The notes beneath the pieces are model-generated. The model saw only the letters and a program-made list of their open reading frames with translations, made no database searches and was not told where the DNA came from. From a virus (Duplodnaviria > Caudoviricetes): a DNA stretch of 64,000 nt. The stretch covers positions 1 to 64,000 of the IMG/VR virus record IMGVR_UViG_3300014204_000146; one strand, given 5' to 3'. The position numbers and the translations under genes were made by a program. Within the stretch, counting starts at the first letter, position 1; every line of letters starts with the position of its first letter. Shown piece after piece: positions 27,553 through 37,557 of the stretch.

Positions 27553-28467
27553 ATGAAAACATTTAAACCTATGTTATGTCCAAATGAGGTTGTTAAAATA
27601 GAAGATATGAAGTACCCATTGTTTGCGTCGTATAAACTGGATGGATGTCGTCTACTTTTCAAAGACGGACAAATGTACAGTCGTTCGCTCAAACAATTCC
27701 CAAATATTCAGCTCCGTTCTCGTTTTGAATCTCTGGCAAAATTAACAAAAGAAGAAAATATTATATTAGACGGAGAACTTTTAGCAAAATCGCTCACCTT
27801 TAATGAACTCAGCGGATTAACTCGACAACTTAATAAGGAGCTTCCGCCAGACTTATATTTTTATTGCTTTGATTTAATAAACGATAAAAATTATGATGAA
27901 ACATTTGAGTATCGAATTTTGAATTTAATAAGATTTCAGGATATATTAGAGAAAGAATCCAAATATATAAAAATAATCCCACAAAAAATTATCAATAAAT
28001 CAGAAGAAATTAATTCTTTATATGAAGAAGCCATGGAATGGGGCTGCGACGGGCTGATATTGCGCGCTCCTGAAGGAAGATATAAATTAGGCAGAGCAAC
28101 AGTAAAAGAAGCATTGGCGTATAAATTGAAGCCATTCCAAACCTTTGATTCAACAATAATTGATATAATCCAAGCTACCGAAGTATTAGAAACAGCAGAG
28201 AAAAAAATCAACGAGCTTGGGCGGAGTGTAACTTCTAAAAAAATAAGAGACCGAGTATTAATTGATAAAGCATCTGCGTTTGCTGTTATGTATGAGGGAA
28301 AAGAATTAAAAGTAACAATTGCAGCGACTGACGAAGAAAAAGAAGAGATATGGAAGAATAGGAAATCATATATTGGACGTTGGATAGAATATAAAGGAAT
28401 GTTGGTCGGAGCAAAAGACTTACCACGTCATCCTACAACACTGAGGCTACGCCCAGACAAAGACTAA
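27553..28467 (+). CDS. lig: ATP-dependent DNA ligase
   Basis: KLDGCR, LDGEL, FDL, DGLILR, KLKP and PRHP motifs. Confidence 0.93.
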   Translation: MKTFKPMLCPNEVVKIEDMKYPLFASYKLDGCRLLFKDGQMYSRSLKQFPNIQLRSRFESLAKLTKEENIILDGELLAKSLTFNELSGLTRQLNKELPPDLYFYCFDLINDKNYDETFEYRILNLIRFQDILEKESKYIKIIPQKIINKSEEINSLYEEAMEWGCDGLILRAPEGRYKLGRATVKEALAYKLKPFQTFDSTIIDIIQATEVLETAEKKINELGRSVTSKKIRDRVLIDKASAFAVMYEGKELKVTIAATDEEKEEIWKNRKSYIGRWIEYKGMLVGAKDLPRHPTTLRLRPDKD

Positions 28468-28468
28468 T

Positions 28469-28699
28469 ATGGATAAATTAACTGCACAAATAAAACAACT
28501 TAATATTATTTATCGCAATATGACTGAGAATTATTCTATACTAAAAAAGACGTATAGAAATCATTCGTCTATCAAGCAGAAGTTCGTCCTATCAGAAGAA
28601 ATATTTTTACAGGGTTTGATGTTGATTCATGATAAAATAGAGGCAGCCGAAACCAAAAGAGAATTTACTCGTATTATAAAAGGAGCTAAAAATGGGTAG
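28469..28699 (+). CDS. Hypothetical protein
   Basis: Packing. Confidence 0.5.
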   Translation: MDKLTAQIKQLNIIYRNMTENYSILKKTYRNHSSIKQKFVLSEEIFLQGLMLIHDKIEAAETKREFTRIIKGAKNG

Positions 28700-29783
28700 A
28701 ACTAAAGGAGCTGTAGGAAAGAAAAATAAAAAACAAGATAAAGTTACTCAAGAGCTCTTATCCAAGGGAACAGATATAGTAAAAGAGTTTGATGAATCAG
28801 CCTCGGTTCTTGTTGTTCCAACAAAACAGGTTGATGTGATTGGGACTATAACCTTAGACAAAGAAGCTTTAAAAAATCAACAAGAAAAACTTGCCATAGC
28901 CAAAAAAGTCATGAAGGATATTAACCTTCAATATAAAGACCCTACAATGGTCAAGATGGCTGTCGATGAACCTCTAAAAGAAAGTGTTTATTTTGATATT
29001 CCAGACATTGATAAATTTTTTGATGGGGGAGCGGTAAGGGGAAATTATGTTATTTTTTGGGGCGGGGAAGGTGTAGGTAAGACTACCCTCGCGCTGCTTC
29101 AGATTGCCTGGGCGCAAAGGAATGGATTGGTCTGTGCTTATATTGATATGGAACATACGCTTGAAAAAGCAAGAATGACTGAATGTGGAGTGAATATTGA
29201 CGACCTGCTTTTAATTGAAGGTTGCGACAATGCAGAACAAGCAATGGATATTACTATAAAACTATCTACAGAAAAAGCCGTTGATTTGATTATAGTGGAT
29301 TCCATTCAAGCAATGTCTCCAAAAGAAGAACAGTTTGAAGGTAAGAAATTAAATAAAACCCGGTCAATGGAAAAGAATGAAGTTGCTTCATTGGCAGGAA
29401 AAATGGATAAATTTTTACGCAGAACTTCCGGTGCTGTTTATAAAGCCAAGATTGGCATATTCCTTATCGGACAGGTTAGAACTCAAGGCATTGGGTCTTT
29501 CTATACGCATGATGGATTGAGCGGAGGTCATGCTCTAAAACATTGGTCTGTACTCACTGTATATCTTCGCAAAGGACAAAAAGACGACGCTCCGTATGAG
29601 GAGATAGAAATCGACGAAAAGGACGATAAAGGAAAGCCAAAAAAAGAAAAGAGATATTTAGGATTCAATTGTGTTATGAAAATTGACAAAACCAAAAAAT
29701 CAAAATCAATGCCAGAATTATCTGAGCTACAAATCCCGTTTTGGTTCGAATCAGGATTTTTTAAACCAGAGGAGAAAAAATGA
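28692..29783 (+). CDS. recA: RecA/UvsX recombinase
   Basis: GGEGVGKTT, YIDMEH, IIVDSI, IGQVR and GGHALKH motifs. Confidence 0.92.
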   Translation: MGRTKGAVGKKNKKQDKVTQELLSKGTDIVKEFDESASVLVVPTKQVDVIGTITLDKEALKNQQEKLAIAKKVMKDINLQYKDPTMVKMAVDEPLKESVYFDIPDIDKFFDGGAVRGNYVIFWGGEGVGKTTLALLQIAWAQRNGLVCAYIDMEHTLEKARMTECGVNIDDLLLIEGCDNAEQAMDITIKLSTEKAVDLIIVDSIQAMSPKEEQFEGKKLNKTRSMEKNEVASLAGKMDKFLRRTSGAVYKAKIGIFLIGQVRTQGIGSFYTHDGLSGGHALKHWSVLTVYLRKGQKDDAPYEEIEIDEKDDKGKPKKEKRYLGFNCVMKIDKTKKSKSMPELSELQIPFWFESGFFKPEEKK

Positions 29784-29850
29784 ACTATCTTACTTTTTTA
29801 TATTGGAATAATTTTTATTATCTAACTGCAATATCCTAATAGGAGAACCT

Positions 29851-32800
29851 GTGAAACTTTTAAATATCAGCAATGAAAATCGATTAATAACTCTTTTTTG
29901 TCGAGAAGACAATGGAAAACAAGTAATCTATCCCATTGACTCTTATTTTCCTTATTTCTATAATTACGACGAAAGAGGACAGTTAATTGCTTACGATGGG
30001 AAGAGGGTCAAAAGAATTAATTGTAAGAATCCTTCTGATATTTACAAGATGAAAAAAGATGATAGTCCAGAATCAGATGTGATTTATTTTAAGAGATTCT
30101 TAATTGACCGCGTACCCGTAATTGAAAAGACGACAATCAAATATTTCTTTTTAGATACAGAAATGTTGACCAAAGAATTGCCAGACCCGCGCTTTCCTAT
30201 ACAGCCTGTGAGTTGTATGTCTATCTATAATTCTTTATATGAGAAGGTACAAACGTGGTACATATTGGACTATCCAGGAACACTCGAACAACAAGAACGG
30301 CAGCTCTTCCAGGATGCGATTAAGTATATCAAAAGCGAAGCGCCCGACCTTATTCTAATATGGAACCGAGATTTCGATTATGACTATCTTTATAATAGGT
30401 ATGATAAACTTTTCAATCCTGATGTTGATACCAGTAATAAATATCACATGACAAGAAACGATTTTGCAACGGCTATAAGTCCTATTATGAGAAATCGGTC
30501 AGGACATCGGGAAGCGGAAACAATGTATCCTGCTGGAATAAGTATTGTTGATTATCTTGAGTGGTATAGGAAGGTTTATAAAACTCTCATGTCATATGCT
30601 TTAGACGATGTTGCTCAAGAAGAATTGGGAGAAGTATCTTGGGGGAAGACAGACTTCTCAGTATTGTCTCCAGATATAAAAGCAAAAAATATAAATGATG
30701 TACTGAGGATGGCGAAAATAGAAAAGAAAAGACAGCTTATCCCTTATTATGACGAAACGAGACGAATGTCAAAAAGTGTTTGGGAAGACCTTCATTGGAA
30801 CTGTTTAGATGAACAAACAGAAATTCTAACAAAAAACGGTTGGAGAAATAGACTTACAATATCTAAAACCGACGAAGTGTTGAGTTTCAATTTATTTTCT
30901 AAAGAATATGAATATACTCCGATTATAGCAAAAATGGAAAGTTTTTATAAAGGAAACATGATTAATTATGAGCAAGGAAGAGTAAATTTCTGTGTTACTC
31001 CAAATCATAAATTTCCTATGATATTTACAAGAAATGAAGGAAAATATACAGGAACAGAAGAAATATGTTTTGAATATGCAAACTCTATTCCGACTCAAAG
31101 AAGAAGATTTATTTTGGGAAGTATGGGATATAAAGGAGGAAAGAATAATTATTTTAAAGATGAAGAAATTAAACTCTGTGCATGGATTATTACAGAAGGA
31201 CATTTTTTACCAGGAAGCACAAGAGAGTTTGGGGGAGGAATATACATATATCAATCAATTAAAAACGAAGAAAAACAAAATGAAATAGAAAAAATTTTAA
31301 AATCGTTAGATATTCCTTATAAGAAAAAAATTGATAGATTTTTTATTCCTTCTGCTTATGCCACAAAGTATAGAATATTATTAAACAATAAAAAACAAAT
31401 TCCTGAATTATTTTTTGAATTGCCAAATCATCAAATGAAATTATTCTTATCTGAAGCTATAAAAGGAGATGGGCATAAAGATGAATTTAGTCCGTCGGCT
31501 TATATTTGTACTTCGGACAAAATTTTGGTTGAACAATATCAAAGATTAAGCGTCTTAGCTGGGTATAATGCGTATATTAGACAAGAAGATGCTACAGAAT
31601 GTATGCACAAAAAGCTATTAAAACCCACAATTACATATTATGCTTGTATTTATATAGGAGATAATTATACTATCGAACACAGTCCAAAATGGAGAAAAGA
31701 ACTTTTTTATAATGGAATTGTGTGGTGTATTCAAACAAGTTTTCAAAATTTTATCATTCGACGTGCTGGAAAAGTAATGGTCAGCGGTAACTCAAAAATC
31801 ATCGACCAGCTTATTTTGTCAGAAGCCAAACTTCAAAACATTGTTCTTCCTAAAAAGAAATATGGAATGGATATTCCAGAAGGAGATGCTGAAACATTCG
31901 AAGGAGCATATCGCAGAGCAGAACCAGGACGCTATAAATCCACAGAAGAATTGAAATTATGGAAAGTAGATTTGGCTTCAGCGTATCCTCAAGCTATAAT
32001 AGATTTTTGTTTAGATACCAGCAATATTGCCAATGAAACAAATGCTTGTGGATTGGGAATAGCAATAAATGGCAATATTTTTCTTCAAAATCCAAATGCT
32101 CTTTTGCCATCTGTAGCAAGAAAATTGTTGATTAGAAAGGCAGACTTAAAAAAACAATTAAGTTTAGTTGACCCAGAATCTAAAGAAGGAAAAGACCTTC
32201 AAACTAAATATGACGCTGCCAAGGGTCTTGTTAATTCTTTATTTGGAGTTACTGGATTAAAGATTTTTAGATTATTTGATATTAGAGTGGCAGGAGCCAT
32301 TCCATTTCTTATTCGTGATGTACTGCATTATGTAGAAGACAATAATGGATTGAAAGTAGTTTATACAGACACTGACTCATTATTTATACTGTCAAAAGAA
32401 AATCCCACAGACAAATTAAATCTTCTGGTACAACAGTGGGTAAAAGAAAAATATGGAAAAGACAGTACCAATATCGAATTTGAATGTGAAGGCTACTTTG
32501 AAAAAATTCTTATTATCACCATGTGTAGATACAAGGGCTGGCTCAGAAAAATGAACGGTAAGTTAAAGGTAGAAATAAAAGGTATTGAATCGAAGAGGAA
32601 AGATTCTTCTACTTATATGAAAAAATTTCAAACAACGCTGATTGATAAGGTAGTAAATGAAGAGCCATATAATTCTACGCTTGCCTGGATTAAACAAGAA
32701 ATGGAAGCAATAAAGAAACAGCCAATAGAAAATATTGCATTTCCTTGTAAGATTGCAGCCGGGAAGGAATATGTCAACGAACCTATATTTGTCCGCGCTC

Positions 32801-33186
32801 TTAAATATGCTCAAGAACTGGCTCCGCTATTTAAGAAATATTCAGGAGATGTATTTTTCTGGTTGTATGTAAAACCATTTGGAACTGAAACTCGAATGGC
32901 TATGAGAACTCATAAGGGTGTTCGCGCTCAGGAAGAGATTAAAAAAGAAAAGGATGTTATAGCTTTTGATTTAGATAATAAACAACACGTACCAGAAATA
33001 GATTGGGATAAGATGATTGAACGTAATATCCTCAATAAAGTAGAAAATATATTTGAAGCTTTACAGTGGGATATGACCAGTTTATTGCCTCAAACAATTT
33101 CTAAAAAAGAACTTAACAAAGCAATAAAAGAAATAACTCAGGAAGATATATTAGAAGAATTAAAAAGACGGGGAGTTGTAAAATGA
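29851..33186 (+). CDS. polB: Family B DNA polymerase, intein-containing
   Basis: Exo FLDTE, WNRDFDY and NINDV; Pol DLASAYP, KGLVNSLFG and YTDTDS. Confidence 0.95.
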   Translation: MKLLNISNENRLITLFCREDNGKQVIYPIDSYFPYFYNYDERGQLIAYDGKRVKRINCKNPSDIYKMKKDDSPESDVIYFKRFLIDRVPVIEKTTIKYFFLDTEMLTKELPDPRFPIQPVSCMSIYNSLYEKVQTWYILDYPGTLEQQERQLFQDAIKYIKSEAPDLILIWNRDFDYDYLYNRYDKLFNPDVDTSNKYHMTRNDFATAISPIMRNRSGHREAETMYPAGISIVDYLEWYRKVYKTLMSYALDDVAQEELGEVSWGKTDFSVLSPDIKAKNINDVLRMAKIEKKRQLIPYYDETRRMSKSVWEDLHWNCLDEQTEILTKNGWRNRLTISKTDEVLSFNLFSKEYEYTPIIAKMESFYKGNMINYEQGRVNFCVTPNHKFPMIFTRNEGKYTGTEEICFEYANSIPTQRRRFILGSMGYKGGKNNYFKDEEIKLCAWIITEGHFLPGSTREFGGGIYIYQSIKNEEKQNEIEKILKSLDIPYKKKIDRFFIPSAYATKYRILLNNKKQIPELFFELPNHQMKLFLSEAIKGDGHKDEFSPSAYICTSDKILVEQYQRLSVLAGYNAYIRQEDATECMHKKLLKPTITYYACIYIGDNYTIEHSPKWRKELFYNGIVWCIQTSFQNFIIRRAGKVMVSGNSKIIDQLILSEAKLQNIVLPKKKYGMDIPEGDAETFEGAYRRAEPGRYKSTEELKLWKVDLASAYPQAIIDFCLDTSNIANETNACGLGIAINGNIFLQNPNALLPSVARKLLIRKADLKKQLSLVDPESKEGKDLQTKYDAAKGLVNSLFGVTGLKIFRLFDIRVAGAIPFLIRDVLHYVEDNNGLKVVYTDTDSLFILSKENPTDKLNLLVQQWVKEKYGKDSTNIEFECEGYFEKILIITMCRYKGWLRKMNGKLKVEIKGIESKRKDSSTYMKKFQTTLIDKVVNEEPYNSTLAWIKQEMEAIKKQPIENIAFPCKIAAGKEYVNEPIFVRALKYAQELAPLFKKYSGDVFFWLYVKPFGTETRMAMRTHKGVRAQEEIKKEKDVIAFDLDNKQHVPEIDWDKMIERNILNKVENIFEALQWDMTSLLPQTISKKELNKAIKEITQEDILEELKRRGVVK
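30802..31791 (+). mobile_element. Intein (330 aa) with LAGLIDADG homing endonuclease in PolB
   Basis: Starts CLDEQTEILTKNGW, block B VTPNH, LCAWIITEG and AIKGDG motifs; ends VWC...VSGN followed by Ser. Confidence 0.92.
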
Positions 33187-34016
33187 ATATAGATTTATCT
33201 AAATTATCGACAGAAGAATTATTAAAATTAGCATCTTTAAAAGAAGATAAATTCGCGGAGGAAGTGTCGAAACAGACACGCCCTGTTTCCAACGGGGAGA
33301 GTGAGGCGCAAGTCCTCAACTCCGCTCCAATTTTAATTCCAAAAATAAATAATTATTCTAATGATTTTGATTTATCTAAATTAATAATAAAAGAAATACC
33401 ATATTCCGAGGCAAAGCAATATATTAGTAAAAATCATTATAGCGGTTGTTTAGGAAGTTCTATAAGGACTTCTATTGGATTTTTCAATAATAATTTATTA
33501 GTTACAGCAGTAATTTATGGTTATCCAGTTGGGAGACGAGCAAGTAATTATTTATCACCAAATAAAATAGAAAATGCAGAATTGGTTAGATTGTTTAGTC
33601 AAGACGGACTACCTAAAAATACAGAAAGTTATTGTATTAGTAAATCATTTAAATTTTTAAAAGAAAACTATTCTGAAATAAAATATTTAATATCTTATGC
33701 TGATGGTGCTCATGGACATGTGGGATATATTTATCAGGCAACAAATTGGAAATATATAGGGTCGTCGAATCCGGGGAATGGAACATTTATTTTAGATGGA
33801 AAAAATATTCATCCACGAACGCTTTATGCAAAACATGGGACCAGTGATAGAAATAAAATAAAAACCATATACGGAGAAAGAGTAATCATAAAACATACCG
33901 AAGCAAAATATATTTATATAATGTGTTTAGGAAATAAAAAAGAATGTAGAGAGTGGTATTCTAAATTTAAGCAATTACCATATCCTAAAGCACTTAATGA
34001 TACAATTGTAAAATAA
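33183..34016 (+). CDS. mom: Mom-like DNA adenine modification enzyme (GNAT fold)
   Basis: HYS, G.F....L...VIYG.P, ELVRL, KNTESY.IS, LISYAD..HGHVGYIYQATNW.Y.G motifs. Confidence 0.85.
   Translation: MNIDLSKLSTEELLKLASLKEDKFAEEVSKQTRPVSNGESEAQVLNSAPILIPKINNYSNDFDLSKLIIKEIPYSEAKQYISKNHYSGCLGSSIRTSIGFFNNNLLVTAVIYGYPVGRRASNYLSPNKIENAELVRLFSQDGLPKNTESYCISKSFKFLKENYSEIKYLISYADGAHGHVGYIYQATNWKYIGSSNPGNGTFILDGKNIHPRTLYAKHGTSDRNKIKTIYGERVIIKHTEAKYIYIMCLGNKKECREWYSKFKQLPYPKALNDTIVK
33255..33329 (+). tRNA. tRNA-Gly(UCC) with non-canonical D- and T-loops, embedded in the mom-like ORF
   Basis: GCGGAGG/ACTCCGC acceptor, U73, encoded CCA; CCCTG-TT-TCC-AA-CGGGG anticodon arm; TGAGG-CGCAAGT-CCTCA T-arm; GTGTC/GACAC D-stem. 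Confidence 0.88.
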
Positions 34017-34032
34017 TAAATAGGAGAATATA

Positions 34033-34629
34033 ATGAAATTTAAATTATCACTTCCTCGTCTTGAAAAGGCGCTCGGTTTTAAACTTCGTAAAAATGTATT
34101 TGTTCTTTCATTTGATACCGCAACTACAACTGGCATTGTGAAAATGTTAACAGATGGAAAGACTGCATCTTTTGAAACATCTACTGTTAAACTTCCAGAT
34201 GTACCGGAAGATATAGAAGACAAGGCAGAAAAGTACGAAGAACGCTTGGATATGTTGTTGACTATCGTTCGTGATTTTAAAAAGACGCTGGATATAAAAA
34301 AAGATTATACTATTTTGGTATTGGAAAATTCTTATGCAGGAAAGAATGTTTATGGTTATGGATTTTTAAAAGGATTCATGGGCTTATTGTATGCAGAATT
34401 TTACGATGTAGTTGACCATGTAGATATTTTATTTGCTTCTCAGGCGAGAAAGGCAGCAGGATTTAAATCTTCCATTCCAAAAAAACATGGCATGAAGCCG
34501 AGTGAGGCAAGGAAAAAAAGAAAGGCTGAAATCGTTGCTTGGGTATCTCAAATATTAGGAAAAGATATTGAAAATGATGATGAAGCAGATGCGTTAATCT
34601 TAGCTTTCGCCGGAGCGAAGGAGAAATAA
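34033..34629 (+). CDS. RuvC-like Holliday junction resolvase
   Basis: SFDTATTTG, VLEN and DEADAL motifs. Confidence 0.82.
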   Translation: MKFKLSLPRLEKALGFKLRKNVFVLSFDTATTTGIVKMLTDGKTASFETSTVKLPDVPEDIEDKAEKYEERLDMLLTIVRDFKKTLDIKKDYTILVLENSYAGKNVYGYGFLKGFMGLLYAEFYDVVDHVDILFASQARKAAGFKSSIPKKHGMKPSEARKKRKAEIVAWVSQILGKDIENDDEADALILAFAGAKEK

Positions 34630-34795
34630 TGGAACATATACGTCCAGCACTGAGAGATAAATTTGGAAATACTATTTATCCTACAGGAAATGAATGGATT
34701 CTTGCTTTTGCTTTGAATGGATGTGAGTGGGCGAGAAATATAGTACGGCAGCAAACGAGTACGGAGATAGAAGAAAATATTAGAAAGGAGAAACA

Positions 34796-35296
34796 ATGAA
34801 GATAATTGTCGTAGTGGGAAATATTGGTTCGGGAAAGAGTACCTATATTCGTAAATTACATACAGCATTTAAGAACGATACTCCTCCTTATATTGTTATT
34901 GCGCGAGATACGATTCGTTATATGATGGGTGGGGGAAATTATGTTTTTAATCCAACTTTAGAAGAAGTTGTATGGCAGTCTGAGATGTATATGATTAGGA
35001 GATTTTTACAAAAAGGATGCAACATTATCGTTGACGAAGTTGGTATTAGCCGGGATATGAGAAAAAAATATATTCAATTGGCAAAAGAATTTAATTATGA
35101 TATTGAAGCTCATGTTTTTCCTCGTTTAACGATGCAAGAAAGTGTTGACCGCAGAATGAACAATCCACATGAATGTCCAGACAGGGAGCTGTGGGAAGGA
35201 GTTTGGAAGAAGTTCGATAATCGATATCAAGAACCTACAGTAGAGGAAGGATTTGCTTTTATTAGATACATGACCAGAGAAGAGATAGGAGTATAA
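34796..35296 (+). CDS. AAA_33 / polynucleotide kinase-like P-loop kinase
   Basis: GNIGSGKST, RDTIR, IVDE, R and EP..EEGF motifs. Confidence 0.85.
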   Translation: MKIIVVVGNIGSGKSTYIRKLHTAFKNDTPPYIVIARDTIRYMMGGGNYVFNPTLEEVVWQSEMYMIRRFLQKGCNIIVDEVGISRDMRKKYIQLAKEFNYDIEAHVFPRLTMQESVDRRMNNPHECPDRELWEGVWKKFDNRYQEPTVEEGFAFIRYMTREEIGV

Positions 35297-35758
35297 GATG
35301 AGATGTATCGTGTTAGAAAGTTTCACATTTGAGATTGCAGTTGGAGATATTGTTGAACCATTGGGTTATGTAGATAGGGATGGACTATGTTCGGCTGTGA
35401 TTTATCATGATGGTAAATTTAAATTAATACCTCTCTGTCATTTAGAAAAAGTAGAAGAATATCCAAACCCAAAAATTATTCCACCCAACTATGAAACTTT
35501 AGGAGGCAGTCAATGAAATTTAGAGACCAAGAATTTAATGAAGTAAAAGTAATATCGGCATTTAATGAATTTGATTTGTCTCAAAAAATATCAAATGTAG
35601 CAAATCAAAGAACTATTATAGATTTACAATTCGCTGTTAGCAAACAAATAATACCTGCTTATATGGATGAACAAACCCTAACGTATGTTTGAGAAACATC
35701 TCATTACGAATATTTTGCAATACTGTTGTTACAATAATAAAGAAAGGAGGAACAACGC

Positions 35759-35980
35759 ATGATTACAAGCTCAGGAGTAGAAAAGGACTATAACGATATA
35801 GTCAGAGACGAAAAACAGGACGGTCTTGGAAAGCTTTTGTCTGTATTTCGACTGGTGTTGAAGTTGATGGTCAATATCAGAACGAATACTGCTTTGCCAG
35901 AATCTGAAAAGGCTCGCTTGTTCGAAGAAGCAAAAAAGAAACAAACGGAACAGAACACCAAGAAAGAAGTAGGAAAGTAA
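35759..35980 (+). CDS. Hypothetical protein
   Basis: SD AAGGAGG. Confidence 0.6.
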   Translation: MITSSGVEKDYNDIVRDEKQDGLGKLLSVFRLVLKLMVNIRTNTALPESEKARLFEEAKKKQTEQNTKKEVGK

Positions 35981-36057
35981 TATCGATAGAGGTAGAGCTT
36001 TAGTCTCTGCCTCCCAACTATGCGTTTTATAAACCAAGTTCCTAAAAGGAGCCGACC

Positions 36058-36345
36058 GTGAGAGTTGTTTACTGCGACCTTTGTGGTACGCCTATTCGTG
36101 GAAAAAAATACGTCCAGATTCTTTGTGAGTGTAACGAGAATCCACAAGATTCTGAAGTAAAGAACAGTCTTGTACAGAACAGTGAAGCAAAAGAAATCTG
36201 TGAAAAATGCAGAGAAATTCTTTTGAAGATATTTGAGCTGCGGTTTGTAGATGGTTGTAAATTGACAGAAGAATTACAAAGACTTTATAATTTACCAGCT
36301 AAAAGAGAAGAACACAAAGCACATACAAAAGGAAAGAAAAAATGA
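36058..36345 (+). CDS. Zn-finger protein
   Basis: YCDLCG...EICEKC; SD AAGGAG. Confidence 0.65.
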   Translation: MRVVYCDLCGTPIRGKKYVQILCECNENPQDSEVKNSLVQNSEAKEICEKCREILLKIFELRFVDGCKLTEELQRLYNLPAKREEHKAHTKGKKK

Positions 36346-37325
36346 AAATAATGATAGCCTCAGATTTCCATATAGAAGAAAGTTCCTTCGGAGAAATAGA
36401 TTTTATTTTTGAAGAACTTATTGCGTTAAAAGAAAAAGAGAATATTGATGAACTTTATTTACTGGGAGATATATTCGATAAAATTTATCCGAGCCCTTTG
36501 GAAATGGATTGTTTTGCTTCTTTCATCAAAAAAATAGATTTACCTACAACCATTGTCATTGCTAAAAGTCATGAATCAGAATCTGCGGTCAGTTCTGTAT
36601 TAAACCATTTTGGTATTTTAAAAGACAATATAAAAACATATTTCGAATGGATAGAAGTAGAGCCACAGACAAATTATAAAATGGGATTGGGACATTTTTG
36701 TATTAAAGAATCCTTATGCGGATTTAATGAAACGCGCAGCATTAAAGATTTTGTTGGATTGCGTTTGGTGGTTGCCGGACATCAACATGTTATGCAGGTG
36801 GTTGGAGATTTCTTTTATCATATAGGGTCGGTAAGATATGTTAACTTTGATGAGGTAAGAGACAAATGTAAGTATGTGGGAATACTGACTTTAAGTAGTA
36901 GTATACGTGATTTCTCGTTAAAACCCCTAAAAACACCCTTTCCGATGGTGGACATATACTTTACTGTTTCCACTGAGAAGATGCAACAGTGGGTCTCCAG
37001 CAAAGAATTAGAAGGCAAAAACAAGGATAATGCCGAGTCTTTAGCTGTTTTGACCAAGAAGCTTGATAGAATACCACCTAACTCTAAGGTACGTATAGTG
37101 TTAGGAGATTTTGAAGCCTATAAACAATGGCTCACAGTAACCGAGCATTACCGCGAACGATTCTTTAAGATGAAAGAATTGAAAAAATTCGAAATAAAAC
37201 TTCAGAACATTCAGCCGGAAAAAAAGACTGCGATTCATCTGGAAAAAGACCTTGAGATATTTTTACAGAATCATCCAGCTCAAGAATCGATTAAATCTAT
37301 TTTGAGAGGAGTGGTAAAGAAATGA
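36342..37325 (+). CDS. Mre11/SbcD-like nuclease
   Basis: SDFH, LGDIFD, SHE, GH, AGHQH and GS motifs. Confidence 0.88.
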   Translation: MKIMIASDFHIEESSFGEIDFIFEELIALKEKENIDELYLLGDIFDKIYPSPLEMDCFASFIKKIDLPTTIVIAKSHESESAVSSVLNHFGILKDNIKTYFEWIEVEPQTNYKMGLGHFCIKESLCGFNETRSIKDFVGLRLVVAGHQHVMQVVGDFFYHIGSVRYVNFDEVRDKCKYVGILTLSSSIRDFSLKPLKTPFPMVDIYFTVSTEKMQQWVSSKELEGKNKDNAESLAVLTKKLDRIPPNSKVRIVLGDFEAYKQWLTVTEHYRERFFKMKELKKFEIKLQNIQPEKKTAIHLEKDLEIFLQNHPAQESIKSILRGVVKK

Positions 37326-37557
37326 AATGTAAAAATTGTAAATCAATGTGGAAAATAGAAACTGCTGGAGATGGATTTATTTGCGCTGGAATCAATAAAA
37401 AACCATCGGTTCATCCTTTAGATAAAATAAGACTTTGTATCAAAGCAGAAAAATGCTACAGAGAGATGGAACTCACACAAAGAGAGGCTGGTTATATTTG
37501 TTCAGCACTTTCAATGTGTTCGGCTATGTTATCCAAACCAATATTAACGAGGATAAA

